From the human T2T-CHM13v2.0 reference genome, Homo sapiens: a stretch of DNA of 64,000 nucleotides. Positions 13,301 through 26,644 of the stretch are shown one piece after another (positions within the stretch are counted from its first letter, which is position 1; each line of letters opens with the position of its first letter). The translations under genes were made by a program, and so were the position numbers. The stretch lies in NCBI RefSeq assembly GCF_009914755.1, contig NC_060932.1; one strand, 5' to 3'. The notes below the pieces were generated by a model. The model was not told the DNA's origin, searched no databases, and saw nothing but the letters and a program-made list of their open reading frames with translations.

Positions 13301-13917
13301 CTAAAGCTGTGTAAGACCATTATTGCAAACCAGGGCTGTCTCACCCTTGTTGTCACTCATATTTTCTTTTGCTTTCCTACATAACTTTCCATTCTCCCTG
13401 TCCCACATGTGTTCTGATTTTTACTATTTTGTGTTAGAACTCTGCTCATTGGTGTGAGGCTAGTGACTTGATAAGGCTGGTGTTGGTATGCCAGTTTGAA
13501 TGAAGCTCACAATGAATGTGTAACAGCCATTCATATTTACCAATGATCAGTCCTCAAAAAGAGGACCCCCTTGGCAATTCTTTCCTTCCGTCTTAACCAT
13601 GTACCATTTCTGTACCCTTTGGAAGCCTTTCCTCAGCCTGGCATAATTCTGTACAGCCTTCCAGTCTGCTGTGACGCTTCATCTTCCAATGTTGTTCCAT
13701 CACCAGTAGCTCTCCTAGGAACCTTCTCCTGGTCACCAGTCAAGACTTAGTGATAGATTTGGGGTAGGTTCTAGTCAGCATAATCTACTGTGAAACACCC
13801 AGTACAAGACCATGGAAAATGAATGCACTATCATGCACTTTAACACTAGCATAGAAATTATTCATGTGGGCTGTTTGTATCTGGGTGAGATGTAAAAACT
13901 TGAAAGATACCTCTCTT

Positions 13918-14216
13918 GGGCGGGGTGCAGTGACTCAAGCCTGTAATCCCAACACTTTGGGAGGCCGAGGAGGGTGGATTGCTTGAACCCAGGAGTTCAA
14001 GACCAGCGTTGGCAACATGGCGAAACCCTGTCTCTACCAAAATACAAAAATTAGCTGGGCGTGGTGGCACGTGCCTGTAGTCCCAGCTCCTCAGGAGGCT
14101 GAGGCAGGAGGCTGGCTTGAGCCCAGGGGTTGTAGACTGCAATGAGCTGAGATCGCAACACTGCACTCCAGCTTGGGTGACGAGAGCCAGACTCTGTCTC
14201 AAAAAAAGGAAAAGAA
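13918..14216 (+). mobile_element. Alu (AluJ/AluS)
   Basis: Full dimer with A tail. Confidence 0.9.
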
Positions 14217-15499
14217 AAATATCTCTCTGTATTCTACTTTGAAATATGGAAAGTTGGTCTCCATGCAAACCCATGTTTTCCTCAAAGTACTAACATTGCT
14301 TTACTTGTTATTTTTTAAGAGAAGTAGAATCTTAGCTTGCTATTTCTAAAAGCCAAAGTTTATCTGTAGATCCTTTTTAACCGAAGAGCTGCATTTGGCC
14401 TTTATACGTGAGCAGCAAATTGATCCCTGATTAACCAAAAGGGGGAAGCAAAAGCATTTAACTCCAGGCCTTTTATATTCTGAAGAATTTTTGCATGGTA
14501 AAGGACTAAATCTGTCAAATAGCTAGTAGGTAATTTACTTCTATTGATATGGTAGTCAGACAAGATAATTGGTAGTTAATTAATAGACCACTTAACTTAA
14601 AAGGTTTCACAGTTTTAAAATACTAATTACTGAATTAAGCATTTATCTATATCCAAATGTCTAAAGTCTATTTAGTTAAAATCTATCCAGGAAAAGTAAA
14701 AGCCCACCAGCTAGATCTGAGTAATGTAGCACTTAAAGACATTAGTGCTGCAGTTGTACCTAATATCTCATAAATGGTCCCTAATCATTAATGTTTAGGT
14801 TCTTATGTGATTTACTGGTTTTTAATCTCACATACTGCATTCCTGTGTTCTCTGGTTACAGAAACTAGTTTTGTTCAAGGTTTCTTACATTTAGAATTTC
14901 AAAAATCATTTCTAAAGTATTCATAAAAATATTTGGCCAGTATTTCTCCTTACCATAATAACTGTAAGACTAATTAGTTTATAGAGAATATTGATTTCCT
15001 ATCTTAAGATAGCTACTAAACACTTGGAATTCATGGCCTATTTTTAGAAGTCTCCAGTAGAACTGGTTTCTGTTATTAAATATATGTCATATGTATAAAA
15101 ATGTTTGAACTTTAGAAGTACTTTCAATGTCTTAAACAGAGTTGTAAATTGACCTGGGGTCAATTTTATCTTATTCTTGTAGTCACAGTTGAAAACTGAG
15201 TAAAACATCTCTTTTGATAGGAACTGCTTGGTACCTGGGACTGAATACCTATATACACCAAATAGGATCACATGCTCATTGAACTTTGAGTTTCTGTATT
15301 TGATACATTACATGCTGGGCCCAAATCTGTTGCTACTAGAAATCAAAATCTATGACATGATAAAATATCACTTTACATAGCTGGTGTGAATAGGGAACCA
15401 GACGCTGCATCAGATAAAAAGTTCTCCAACATCTTCAATATGTTCTAATCTGTGTCTGTTTTTCTCAGTTGTTTAAAAAATAACTGCTAAATAACCAAT

Positions 15500-16230
15500 G
15501 TCATAATTTCTAACCTAAATGAAAAAAACAGCAATGCTCCCCTCATTGCCAAATCCAGTGTGCAGCTTCATCTTTCTACAGAATGTGACCCTCTTGACCG
15601 TCTCCTTGAAACTCAAGTGCTTTAGCTTCCATGATAAGCCCACTTTGTCGTGCTTCTCTGTCTGCCTTCAACTACCTTGACTGCGCCACACATTCTCTTA
15701 AAGCAGCATGTCACAAAACTGAACAAACTCCTCTTTGCTCCTTCTTGCATTCCCTGGTCACCAGGCTTAGAAACATCAGCATTATCTTCACCTCTCCAGC
15801 CTGCGTACATTCATGGGTCCCCAAATCCTGACTATTTGCTTGTGCCCCTGTGCTTTGATTGATCGCCCCTTTCCTTTCCTACTTCATCCTGTGTGCCTCC
15901 ATCACCTCTTGCCTGGACTCTTGAAAGTGCCTCTGATCTTCTTTTCCTGTATTCGCTTTTGGCTTTCCAACCTAGGGTCATCTAAGCAGCCTTGAGTTTG
16001 TTATCTGCCTGCTTAAAACACTTGTATGACCATATTGCTCACAGCGTGAAGTCCAGGCTCATTAGCATGGCATCCTGGGCCTTCCAAAGCTGATTTCCAC
16101 CTGCTTTTCCAGGTCAGCACCTATTTATCCCCTCATCTACTGTAAACTTCAGATGGGCTGGACTCCTCACTGTGCCTGGAGAGAGCCTTGCACACACTTA
16201 TGCTTCACACAAGAGCCTCTGCTTGGCTGT
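15500..16230 (-). mobile_element. L2 LINE fragment
   Basis: ttgccaaatccagtg...tctccttgaaact...catcacctcttgcctggact...gcttaaaac...tccaggctcattagcatggc, typical of L2. Confidence 0.65.
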
Positions 16231-19009
16231 TCTGCCATTTGAGTCCTGTTTTACTTGAAGACAACAGAAGTTGAATAGTTCAGAAAAAAATCCGTCACTA
16301 TTCCTGAGAAAGAAAAACAAGTTCAAAACATTTTCATGTTCACTTAATAATATCTTTATATGTTAAGATGGCAGTCCCTGTAAAATAGTCATGAAATTCT
16401 TGGCTCAAGGAATGGCCCTTTCTTGTTTGATCATGGAGTGAGTTGTGTTATTTATCTCAATTCCTGGAAGGAAGCAAAGTTGGTATTTGTTCTTTTCTGC
16501 CTCATTATTTCTACATCCCAGGCTTTATCCATTTTCTGCCCAAATAAAATCAATCTATAGGATATGTCAAAGTGGAAGCATTGTGTAGCCTGTGCTAATG
16601 CTAACACTGACTGAATAGCTTTCTCAAAAAGACTGAATGCAGAGTGCCCCGGCAGAGCCCTTAGCCATTCATTGCAGGATTGGGTCACTACAAACCCTGT
16701 AGTTTAATACTTAACTGCTCACACTCCACTTATTCTCTTCTCCTACATTTGTTTTTACTCTGATCATGCTTCAGATTTTTGAGATCTTTGGGAAATTCTA
16801 ATGAATCGGTTTTAGTAACTTGAATATATCTAACCCATGACAATCTGAGAAAATTTAATAGCCTCACCTGAGAGTTAGATGAATTTTAAGTAGGAAACCC
16901 CTTTACATTTAAGTTTTGTCTTGAGTTGAGAAATATTACTAGCAAATTCATCTAAAATTTCTGCTTTAGTTCTTTCAGAAACTAAAATTAAGCCTCTTTC
17001 AATTATGGTAAGTAGTCTATTTGCATGTGTCTAATCCAGATGTCTGCCTATATGGATAAATGTGCAGATGACATGCTATGTTTGTTTGCTTGCTTGTTTT
17101 TCTATGCTCAGTAATAAGTAGAAGACATGATTATGGTGCAGTTACAGCCACTGGACCTGGGAAAGAAAGTCCTAAATACCCAGGATGTTTTTGGACCCCC
17201 AAACTGTACTATGCTGAAGTTCCACTAGGGGGTGTACTGGCAGGGTGGATTTGTATCTTATTTCCTGCACATAGAACCAGTATTTTCCTGAGAGAAAGGG
17301 TCTTTTGTAACTAATCTTTGGAGTATGACAAAATCTAATAGTCCTTAAGAAATAGAGAACTATTTCCTGCCTCAGCTGAATGGGTTAAGTTCAATATTTT
17401 GAGCCTGTAACTCCAGAGATCAGATTAAAATATGTTAATCTTTCTTATCAGAAGTTGGTATAGTAGTTAGCTATTCAAAGAACTAACACTTCTAGATTCT
17501 ATCAACTGACCTAGAAGCTCCTTTAGGCTGAGACCCCATATAGACATAATTGGAAAATAACTCAGAAGATGGGGGTTTCTGATTTTTTCTAAAGCATACA
17601 GCTGGTCCCCATAATAGGTAGCCTTCAGAAGGTTCCCTGTATTGTGAATTATCATTCTGTTAAGATACCATTGTTCAGAGCCTAGGCTGACAGAGCATGG
17701 CCTTGGGATTCATTTGCCTTGACATACCTGGCTGGCCAGTTCCAGTCACCTGCATCCCTGGGTTTATACAGGCCTATGCCATCCCCACACTGGAGTGGAT
17801 GCGAGGGGACGCAAACCTTTTCATGTGGTCTGAAGGAATGCTAACATTTTTTACTTGAAGAGCTTCCCCAGTGTATTTCATTCTTGAATTTTTTTTCTTC
17901 TTTTTTACTTTATTTGTCAATTCTCTTAAAACTCAGGTTCACACCTGTCAGGGACCATTTTCCTAAATGCTCTGAAACTGAAATGAAGTGAGCCACAGGG
18001 GGAAAAAATGAATATCCTCTTATAATCTTCATAAAACTTTCAACACTGCAGCAAATGCTGCTAGAATATTTAACAAGTAAGGGCAATTACTGCCGCAACC
18101 TTGAGTGCTGTCAAATTAGCCCCTTACAATGACAAGCCACTTACAATGAATTCACATTTGGAAACAAAACATTACTTGGTCTGTGAAACTTTCAAAGATC
18201 ACACAAAGATGTGTGAAAGTGGCAGTGGTGTTAGCATTGTATTTTTTGGTTTGGAAAAAACCACAAGTGTTTCTTACATGCTGCTTGCATAAAATGTGAA
18301 TTTCTTGCCTTTCCTTCAAATAGTTTAGTACTGGAATTTTTGAATATTAACATGGTGCAGCTTCTTAGTGTTAGCCTAAACAATAGGGCTCAAAATAACA
18401 TAAGTGTTACTTATGTAAACACATGGGTATTTTGAGGACAAGTGAAACTTAAAATTCAAAGCCTGAATTTTCCCACCTTAAGTTGTAATTAACATACTGC
18501 CCCCTACTGATTTCTTAAGGGTTTTTTACATGGGCTAGTCCTGCAGTCTCTTGGGAAAGAGAAGCATAAGGTGTAATGAATTACTTCTAAATGATTTCAT
18601 ATTGTATTTTTATTATGTTTGCTGGACTCTTTAAGTGTTGCGATTTTTACTTATAACAGTCGTTTTTTGCCTATAGTAAAATGGGACTGATAAAAGAAGG
18701 ATTAGAAAGGTGGTGGTGTTGGAAAGTTTCGTTGTTTTCCAGCGTCATCTAGGACTTGGGATGAAAGGGACTAGGCAGCTGAAGCAACTGCTTAGCAGTG
18801 TTTTTGCGACTTCTTTTCTTAGGTCAGATACTGTGTTTTAACCAGAATATGGTCTGCGTGGAGGGCAGGGAGGACTAGGAGCCATACATAGTAAGAACCA
18901 GGACTTGCAGGAACTTAAGGAAACAACCTAACCAAAAATAGATAGCACTTATAACAAAAATAGTCTATAAATACATGCTTAATGAGCCTTGTGTACTAAA
19001 TTTTTATAT

Positions 19010-19220
19010 AGCACTTAAATTTACAAAGCCTTTTCATAAACACTTTTCTCATTTGAGCCTCACAGCAACTCTGAATTAAATAGAGCCACTATCCTCATGT
19101 TTATGGATGAGGAAACAAACCCAGAGAGGTGAAGGGACTTCCCTAAGGTCACTGCCAGGGAAGGAAGAAACTAGGACCCAAACCCTCAGCCTAGGCTTCC
19201 AGGTTAGAGCCTGTACAAAT
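19010..19220 (+). mobile_element. MIR
   Basis: ctcatttgagcctcacagcaactctg...gatgaggaaacaaacccagagaggtgaagggacttccctaaggtcac. Confidence 0.75.
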
Positions 19221-21267
19221 ACTTAGCTGTGGGCTACAAGTTCAAAGCTCCTGGTACAGTAGGTAGATTTTCCTATGAGTCACTTAGGAGTTTTGCCCTG
19301 TGGTGTAGTGTAAGAATTAATCTTCAAATGTTGATTTTTTATTAGCATGGTTAGTTTAGCAGTAACTGATTAACCCTAGCTTAATATCCCCAGGAAGCTT
19401 GCTCTGTAGATTAGACAAGCATGTAAAATTCAAGCCTGAAGAACCAATACTATACTAGAATTTTATTACGAAAGCCCAACTTGCGTGTTTCTGGGCCTTT
19501 TCTGTACTTTTCCATAGCTTGTATTGGAGAGAGTTATTATTTCCTTGAGAATAGTGTAGTGCATCCTTCGTCACCCAGCTTCCTTCTTTCTCTTCCTAGT
19601 TTGCATATCAGCATTGACAAATTAGACACAAAAAAAGTCACGAATGGATAGGGCTCTTCTACAAGGACTGGCTGAACAAAGTTCTATGAATAATTGGTAC
19701 CAAAATATCAGTTAAGTGTGGTTTTAGTTTAGTTCATTTTGTTAGCTTATCTCCTAACAAAATGTAAAACCTTTATTCTGTTATATAATATTCTTATGGG
19801 ATCAGAATTCCAGATAGCTTCATAAGCTTTGCCTTTGAAATGTTAATCATGGATTTTCAAAATTGTGCACTTTGGGCCACTGGTAGTGTCCAAACTTATA
19901 GTCCAAGCATGTGATCTATAAAGGGGTAATTATTCCCTAAATGAGGTTTTCTCACAGGCTTACCATAGTATAAAAGCCTCTATGGTTCACTTGTCCAAGG
20001 TAAAGTTGGAAAGCCAGTGAGGTAAGTGCCAAGGCTGACGGAGTCTACAGTCCCTGTCTTGAAAGCTAAGCCTTCAAAGCCTCTGTGGATGCAGAGGGAA
20101 GGATTTGAAGTCTTTTAGGTTTCTTCTTTACAAACTTTGTTCTAATGGGATTGGGTGGCTTGCTAGTGCTAAAAATGGATCCAAGGTAAATAGACATAGA
20201 GTCAGTCCACAAAGTCCCATGGTCATTCATACTAGGGGCTCTTGCACTAGGGGCTCTTGGCATTGATTTGAACCAGGCTTTACCTGATAAATGCTAGGGG
20301 TAGGAGGCACTGGGAACAGAAAGAGGATCAATTATATTGCCTGTTTCACTGAACTCTTAGGAGAGTTGATCTGAAGCCACGTGAGGTTGGGAGTAGACAG
20401 ATTGCTCAGGCTCACTCTAGAACCTTCTTCTCGGCTTGTAGTCCCGAGCAGCCACAGCAGCACCACCTAACTACTGAATCTGAGTCTGCATTTGATTCAG
20501 AGCCCAGGTGATTCCTACACGCATGTGCGCCAAAGTTTGAAGAGGAACTACTCTTCCCACTTTTTCAATATTCCATCTCCCCCTTACCCACATACACACA
20601 CTTTTTTTTTCCTGAGCTAACCAGCCCTTTAGGAATCTTGTACCTAGGAAGATGTCAGACCACGCACTCTGGGGCCCACTCTGATCTAGGTTTATTTTTT
20701 AAATTTTGATTCAGGTCCAGTGTCTGAATGGTTGCTCTGCCCAGGGTGGAGTTTTCACAGCCCTAAGCACCACAGCAGAAAGTCAGGGCCGGCCAGTGAA
20801 GAACTGTGTGGCATTGCTGGATAATGGAAGGAATGGTGTCTCATGTATATTTGTTGTCCTTAAAAGGAAGTTTTCTTTTTTCAGTTCTCATAATTTAGTA
20901 ATGATATTTTCGGTGGTTTAACCAGAGTTGTGATTGGTAAGTGATTGGTGTGATCTTCTATGACATTTCAATATTGTTCCTCTGTGAGGTAGCTAGAATA
21001 TATCAGACTTGTTGGATCAGTATTATTGTCCTTCAAAGGTACTTCTTAATTTCATGGTGGAGTGGTGGTTTGAAGTATAGAAACTAAAAGTGATGAAGTT
21101 TTGAGTCCATATTTAAGTTGTTGCCTTTTTTTTTTTTTTTTCAATTTCCAGCCCCAAATATATTCCAAACCTGGAAAATGTCATTACAATATGAGAATGA
21201 AAACTTAAGGGACAATCATCACTGGAGTATACGGGACTTCCTTTCCTAATGTACATGTTCTTTCTAG

Positions 21268-21645
21268 TGAGTAGTTCTCATGTGGGTGATTTTGCCCCCA
21301 GGAAACATTGGTAACATCTGGAGACATTTTTCTTGTCAGACTGGTGGAGCTGCTGCTGGCATCTAGTGGAGAGAGGTCAGGGATGCTGCTTCAACATCCT
21401 TCCATGCATAGGGCAATCCTATGGCTTAAAATTACCCAGCCCCAAATGTAATGGTGCTGAGATTGAGAAACGCTGTTCTAGAGCACTGGTTCCCAAACTC
21501 AGCTACAAATGGGAACCACCTGAGGGACGTTGCCTCCTGATGCCTGATTCTCCCATTGGAGATTCTGGTATAATTGGTCTGAGAGGTGTCCTGAACACCA
21601 GGAGGAAAAGCTTCCCAGGTGATTCTAATGTACCAAACCACTGAT
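21268..21645. mobile_element. hAT-Charlie DNA transposon relics (MER20-like 21268-21475, MER5A-like 21485-21645)
   Basis: gattttgcccccagg...ctggagacattttt...ctggcatctagtgg...gctgagattgagaaac; gaaccacctgag...cccaggtgattctaatg. Confidence 0.65.
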
Positions 21646-23046
21646 TTATAGGAAAGTTGCCATCTGCAATCTTTAAAATCCTTTAAGAGGTTCACAAATA
21701 CTTATTTTTGTTTTTTAACAATGCCTATCCCAATGTAGGTACCTCATAGACCCTCATATGTGTTGAGTGAATTCTAAGTTCTAACAGTGCATGTTTAAAA
21801 ACAGAATAAGTTTTCAGGTGTAATCTCTTGAATATATTTACCCTTCATTTATGTAAAGATTTTAACTTTTTAAAGATTTCACAGTAAGCAAACTAGAAAG
21901 CAGGGAAGAATTTGAACTATTTACACTTAGGAATTACAGGGGTTGATGATGGGGACATTGAGAGCTGTGCTGTTGGAACAGGGGCTAAGAAGTCTGCCAC
22001 TGCAGATGGCCGGAGCAGTGGCTAAGCTCGCATGCATGTGTTTATGCGTCATGGAAGTAGTTACTGGTCACTAGAGCAGAACCGAAGCCTCTGCCCTTTG
22101 GAAGATCTGTCTTTATTACAATTTCTGAGAAGCAGTTTGAGTTTGGGGCAAAGCAAAGAGATCAATGACAGCCTGTTGTTTGGCAAGCTATTTGGCTGCA
22201 ATTTTGTGGGTTATTTTCATTATTCCATAAAGAGTTATTAAATAGGGGGAGGGGCCTGAGGCTGAAGGAGATCATCGAACACTCGTTTGATCATCTAGGG
22301 CCCGGCAGGGGAAAGATGAGGGAAAACAGCATTTCAGAAACACTGTTCAGCATTCATTGTTTAACACATTGAGCCTCCATGGACTCAAGTAAAACGGAAG
22401 AAGGATGATTGTTTCAAATAATTTGTAATTTTTTTAATAGATAAGAGGCATACATTCAAGTTACATTATGTTAAAAGGCACAGCCGTGACATCATAGAAA
22501 TACTCAATGAGATATTTTTGCTGATCACTCAATGCTGGCCACTGCACTAATGGAGTTGATCCCTTATTGAGTCATTTACGAGAGTCTTAGGCAAATAATA
22601 CCTCAGCGTGACCTCAGTATTCGGGGTGTGTGGTAGGAATTGGAAAAATAATTGTTGAATCTAAATCGTAACATATTTGAGATGAAAAAACTTTGGACAT
22701 CTCCTCTTGTCTCACAAATGAGTTTAGTCAAGATCCAGAGAGGTCAAGTAACAAAAGGAAGGTCAAGTAATTGGCAGTCAGGACCAAGTGGGTTTCTGGA
22801 TTCCAAAGGCCAGTGTATTTTACAGACAAATTGAGTTTTAAGTCACCTTATTTCTGGTATTTCTGCATAGTGAGCTCTAAAATGTAAGGGAACGTTAATA
22901 TCTGAGTTGCTGCCTTGAGGTAAATTCATCCTATCCTTTAACAGTGGGAAGACAAGTTAATGAAGCATTTATTTTTGCTGAATAACTAATGGTGTCATCA
23001 TCGAGGTGTTCATTTGAAAAGCCTGGCTCTTTTATTAGCTTCTTGG

Positions 23047-23958
23047 TTGCAGGGCAACTGTAGGAGTATTCTTGTGCATGTGTGTTAAGTACTAACTGCT
23101 GATTCTGTTCAAATGTTGCACTAATCCCTGCGGCCTCACAATAATACATGTTTTTAAAGGGATAGATTTAACATTGGCACAAATTTGACTATTATGACAT
23201 GTTCTTTAGTCTCTCCTCTATTATCTAAAGAGTGAATGTTTTGTCCCAATCTGATAGAAATTAAGATGAACATTTTGTTAAGTCTGAGAGAGTAGTTCCA
23301 GGCTTAAGTATCTTGGGGCTCTATTGCACAATTGGTCAGGGGACCTTTCTGTCTCTACAAACATACCCAACTAGGAAAAAGAGGCTATTATGCAACAACA
23401 TATGCATGTTAGAATTTCTGTTGTCAGCTGCAACTAGAATATTTAAAGTTGGCATTGCTAGTAAATACAGATTTAGGTTTTACTTCCTAATTAAATATGT
23501 AATTTTGTAATGAAGATTTTTTTTTCAAATAATACTTTCTGTGGTCGAAGTAAAATGTCTAAAGTTTGGTCAGTATACTTAATAAGTAGATACCTTTAGA
23601 GGTACTTTAGCCATATTTTCCTTACCCAGGTGAGCTGATAGTATGTCACCATTTTACATTTTTTAACACACTAATGATGTATCCTATTAACTTTAACACA
23701 GTTCACTATATTTTAAGCACCTTCAGGCATTATAGGAGGTATGGTCCCCTGTGGAAGTCAATGTCTACTCTTTCTTGGATGTTCAAATAAAAGATAAACA
23801 CTTCAAAACCATTCTTATAAAAGATGGCTTTTTTGAATTGATCACAGGACAATGAATAAAACATTGTGAGGCTACAGGGACTAGCGGAACATTTGAGCAA
23901 CATCAGCAGTTAGTACTTAACACACACGCACAAGAATACTCCTACAGTTGCCCTGCAA
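23047..23958. repeat. 96-bp inverted duplication (arms 23047-23142 and 23863-23958)
   Basis: Ungapped hand alignment of arm 1 with the reverse complement of arm 2 gives 9 mismatches in 96 nt. Confidence 0.95.
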
Positions 23959-24434
23959 AAGTTTGTGCTTTTGCATCATTTTCCAGGAACAGTGACTGAG
24001 TTCTCAGAGAAGAGCGCCACCAGATGTCATTTTAGCCTTGTAAATAAGCAGGAGAGTGTTCCTTTGTGATTCTGATAAAGATAAGTTAACTCTGGCAGCT
24101 GCACAGGCAGAAGGGGTGGAACAGTAGAGGAAAGTTGCCCAACCATGTGAAGGGTGCCGTAAGCATTTCCAGTCAGACGTTCTTTGTTCAGTGGAGTCTT
24201 GATGGTGTTCTTTTTTATTCAAAGTTTACATCATGCTATTATTTGGAGATTCTGAAAATCCTTAAGCATACGTGAGAAAACTGTGCTGTGCTGGTGGTGT
24301 TGACCTTTCTCCCAGCGTTATATGATTTATGGTCCTGTTTGGAAATGAATGTCTACTCTTTCTTGGATTTCAAATAAGAGATAAACATTTCAAAACGATT
24401 CTTTTAAAAGATGCCTTTTCTTGATCATAGGACA
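23760..24434 (+). repeat. ~90-bp direct duplication (23760-23851 and 24348-24434)
   Basis: aatgtctactctttcttggat(g)ttcaaataa(a/g)agataaaca(c/t)ttcaaaac...ttgatca(c/t)aggaca present twice; weaker similarity extends ~35 nt further upstream. Confidence 0.93.
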
Positions 24435-26644
24435 GTCGTGTATGTGCACAAAAATAATAAGGCCTTCTCCTACGGTGAGAAATTAACTTTGCTTTTCTCT
24501 CAGTGCTCAGGAACCTAGAATTGCTTACAAATATGGAAAACACATTCTGTTGTACCTACACCTTTAAAATGTCATCAATCTCAGAATTTCAAAAGTCAGA
24601 CCTTGCCGGATACCACATTTCTTCACATTGACTTTTGTTCCACTTTAGGCTAATTTGTCCTGACACTGCAGCTGCAGGCTTTGGGCTGCACAGTCTGTCA
24701 TTAAGAGTACCAAGAATGGTCTGGAGAGTCGGAGCTGTTGGAAGTTAATTTGGCGTAAACTTTACTTTAAAAGATTTCTCGAGCTATGACATGTCACGTC
24801 TATGTGCAGTTACTTACATGTCTGTTTAAGAAGTTCTTGCTTATATTACAAATGTGACCTTTACAGTTATCTTTCAAAGTGCCCAGTGCTTTGAAGAGGA
24901 ACCCTGAGGAGCTAAGGAGATATTAGACTTGTTAAGCATGTTTCATAGGAATGTCAGTGTCCATTTGAATGTCCTTCCCTTTTTTTTTTTAATCACACAG
25001 CAACCCTGTCAGCTGGTAGCAGATTATGGTATTGGAATCTTGTGATCAAATTAATCATGGTAGTCAAAGTTCTAGCTCTACATTTAATAGCCAAAGTCAG
25101 TTATTAAAAGTTTTCTCTTTTGCAAATAAGAAAATCCCTAGGCCCCTTCCAACTCTAAATTCTGTAAACTTCCTGTTTCATATATTGGTTACTGACTTTG
25201 AGACCCCCTAGATCAAGAGTCAACCATATTTTCCTGCTGAAGAACTTGATGTCCTCTTCTGTTTTTTAGACAGTAAAGAGGACACTGCAATAGAGTGCAA
25301 TTCTCTGACTTACATTTAGCATCTAGCAAACCTTGCCAACCAGCATGGGCACCAGCTCACTCTGGAGACTGAGCACATGTACTGCATTTAGAGACCCCTT
25401 TACTAGATGATAACTCCTGATCTATCCATCCTTATACTTGATGTAACACAGCAGTCCTATTGGTCAGCAAATTATCTGTGCTGCCCTCTCAGATCCACCC
25501 ATGCGTCACAGGCATTAATCTATACCAAAGCCGTTTGGCTGTGTGTTTCAGATTTGCCCTTTATGTTCTTCTGACGACTCTTTGAGACAAAGTTAAAGAT
25601 TATGAACCTTAGCTTGAACTGACTGGTGTCATGGCAACTAGCACTTCACCTTTTGCTGGTCTCTATCTCATACATGCTACAATATTTGTGCACATTAATA
25701 ATTCATTGCAAAGTGCCAGATTTCTTTGTGCTGTCAAGCAGTGTCAAGGACAGAATATGCTGTGCTATCTCAAATGTCATCTACCAGACTGTTGAGGGCA
25801 AGAGTAATTAGAAAAGAAAACTAGTCAGGTTACTTGGGAAAATTCCTGAAAATGTGATGCTTTCTAGTCACCCAACTATAGCATTTTTCTTGCAAAGTAT
25901 GGAATAGAATTCATGTTGATCAAAGTTTATTTAATAATGCGCCCCAGACATAAGGCAGGAGTTTGGAGTAATTGCTCGCCTCTATTCAGGCAGCAAAGGA
26001 AATGATTAACAGCCTTCGTGCTCAGTCACGTGTACTGGGCTCCAGCGGGAACCTGAGCACAGGCTTAAAAGAAACCCGAGTGGTCCTGATGTGGGTGCTC
26101 CTACCCCAAGCCTGCCTTTGCCCGACACAGAGCAGAGCTGAGTAAATGTTTGACACCAGCTTTAGAAACAAGCCGTCTGGGATCTCAGGCTGATTAGCGG
26201 CCCTGGATAGCTTTCTTCACCTCTCAGTTCCCTCCGCGCAGCTCTTTGGTGGTTGTTGACGCTGTGAGTGATTGTTATAGTAATTGCAGTGTTGCCTGTA
26301 ATTAATGAGCCTTTCAAATAAAAAATATGGATCTTTGTCTTAAAAATGTGGAAAATGCAAAGATACATTGGATTTAATTTATACAGAAGGCCAGATTTGT
26401 CCTTGATTAGGCAAAGAAATCACATGTTTTAAACTGAACATTGACTCACCTGTGCTTTACAGAACAAAACAAATAATCTCCCTCTCAAAAGAAAGCTTCA
26501 TATTACAACCAGCCAGCATGTGTCGTACTTTACTCTTTAAAATTGGAATATATTTCTCCAAATGTTTATAGCCCACAGTTGGAAAAGATTTTTTTCACAT
26601 AGCCATATCTGGATTGTTTGGTTTCTCTTTCTCTCTCCCTTCCT

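Noticed and set aside
20231-20261. 15-bp tandem duplication actaggggctcttg(c)
   Set aside because: Ordinary slippage duplication with no further structure
22741-22770. AGGTCAAGTAA repeated twice, a possible retinoic-acid response element
   Set aside because: Half-sites are 13 nt apart (not DR1/2/5) and lie within MIR-like sequence
23050-23955. hAT-type transposon with CAGGG...CCCTG terminal repeats as the explanation of the inverted arms
   Set aside because: No 8-bp TSD (cttggttg versus caaaagtt); the symmetry continues beyond the putative ends; the interior contains a copy of outside sequence. A Dfam search is still needed to exclude it fully
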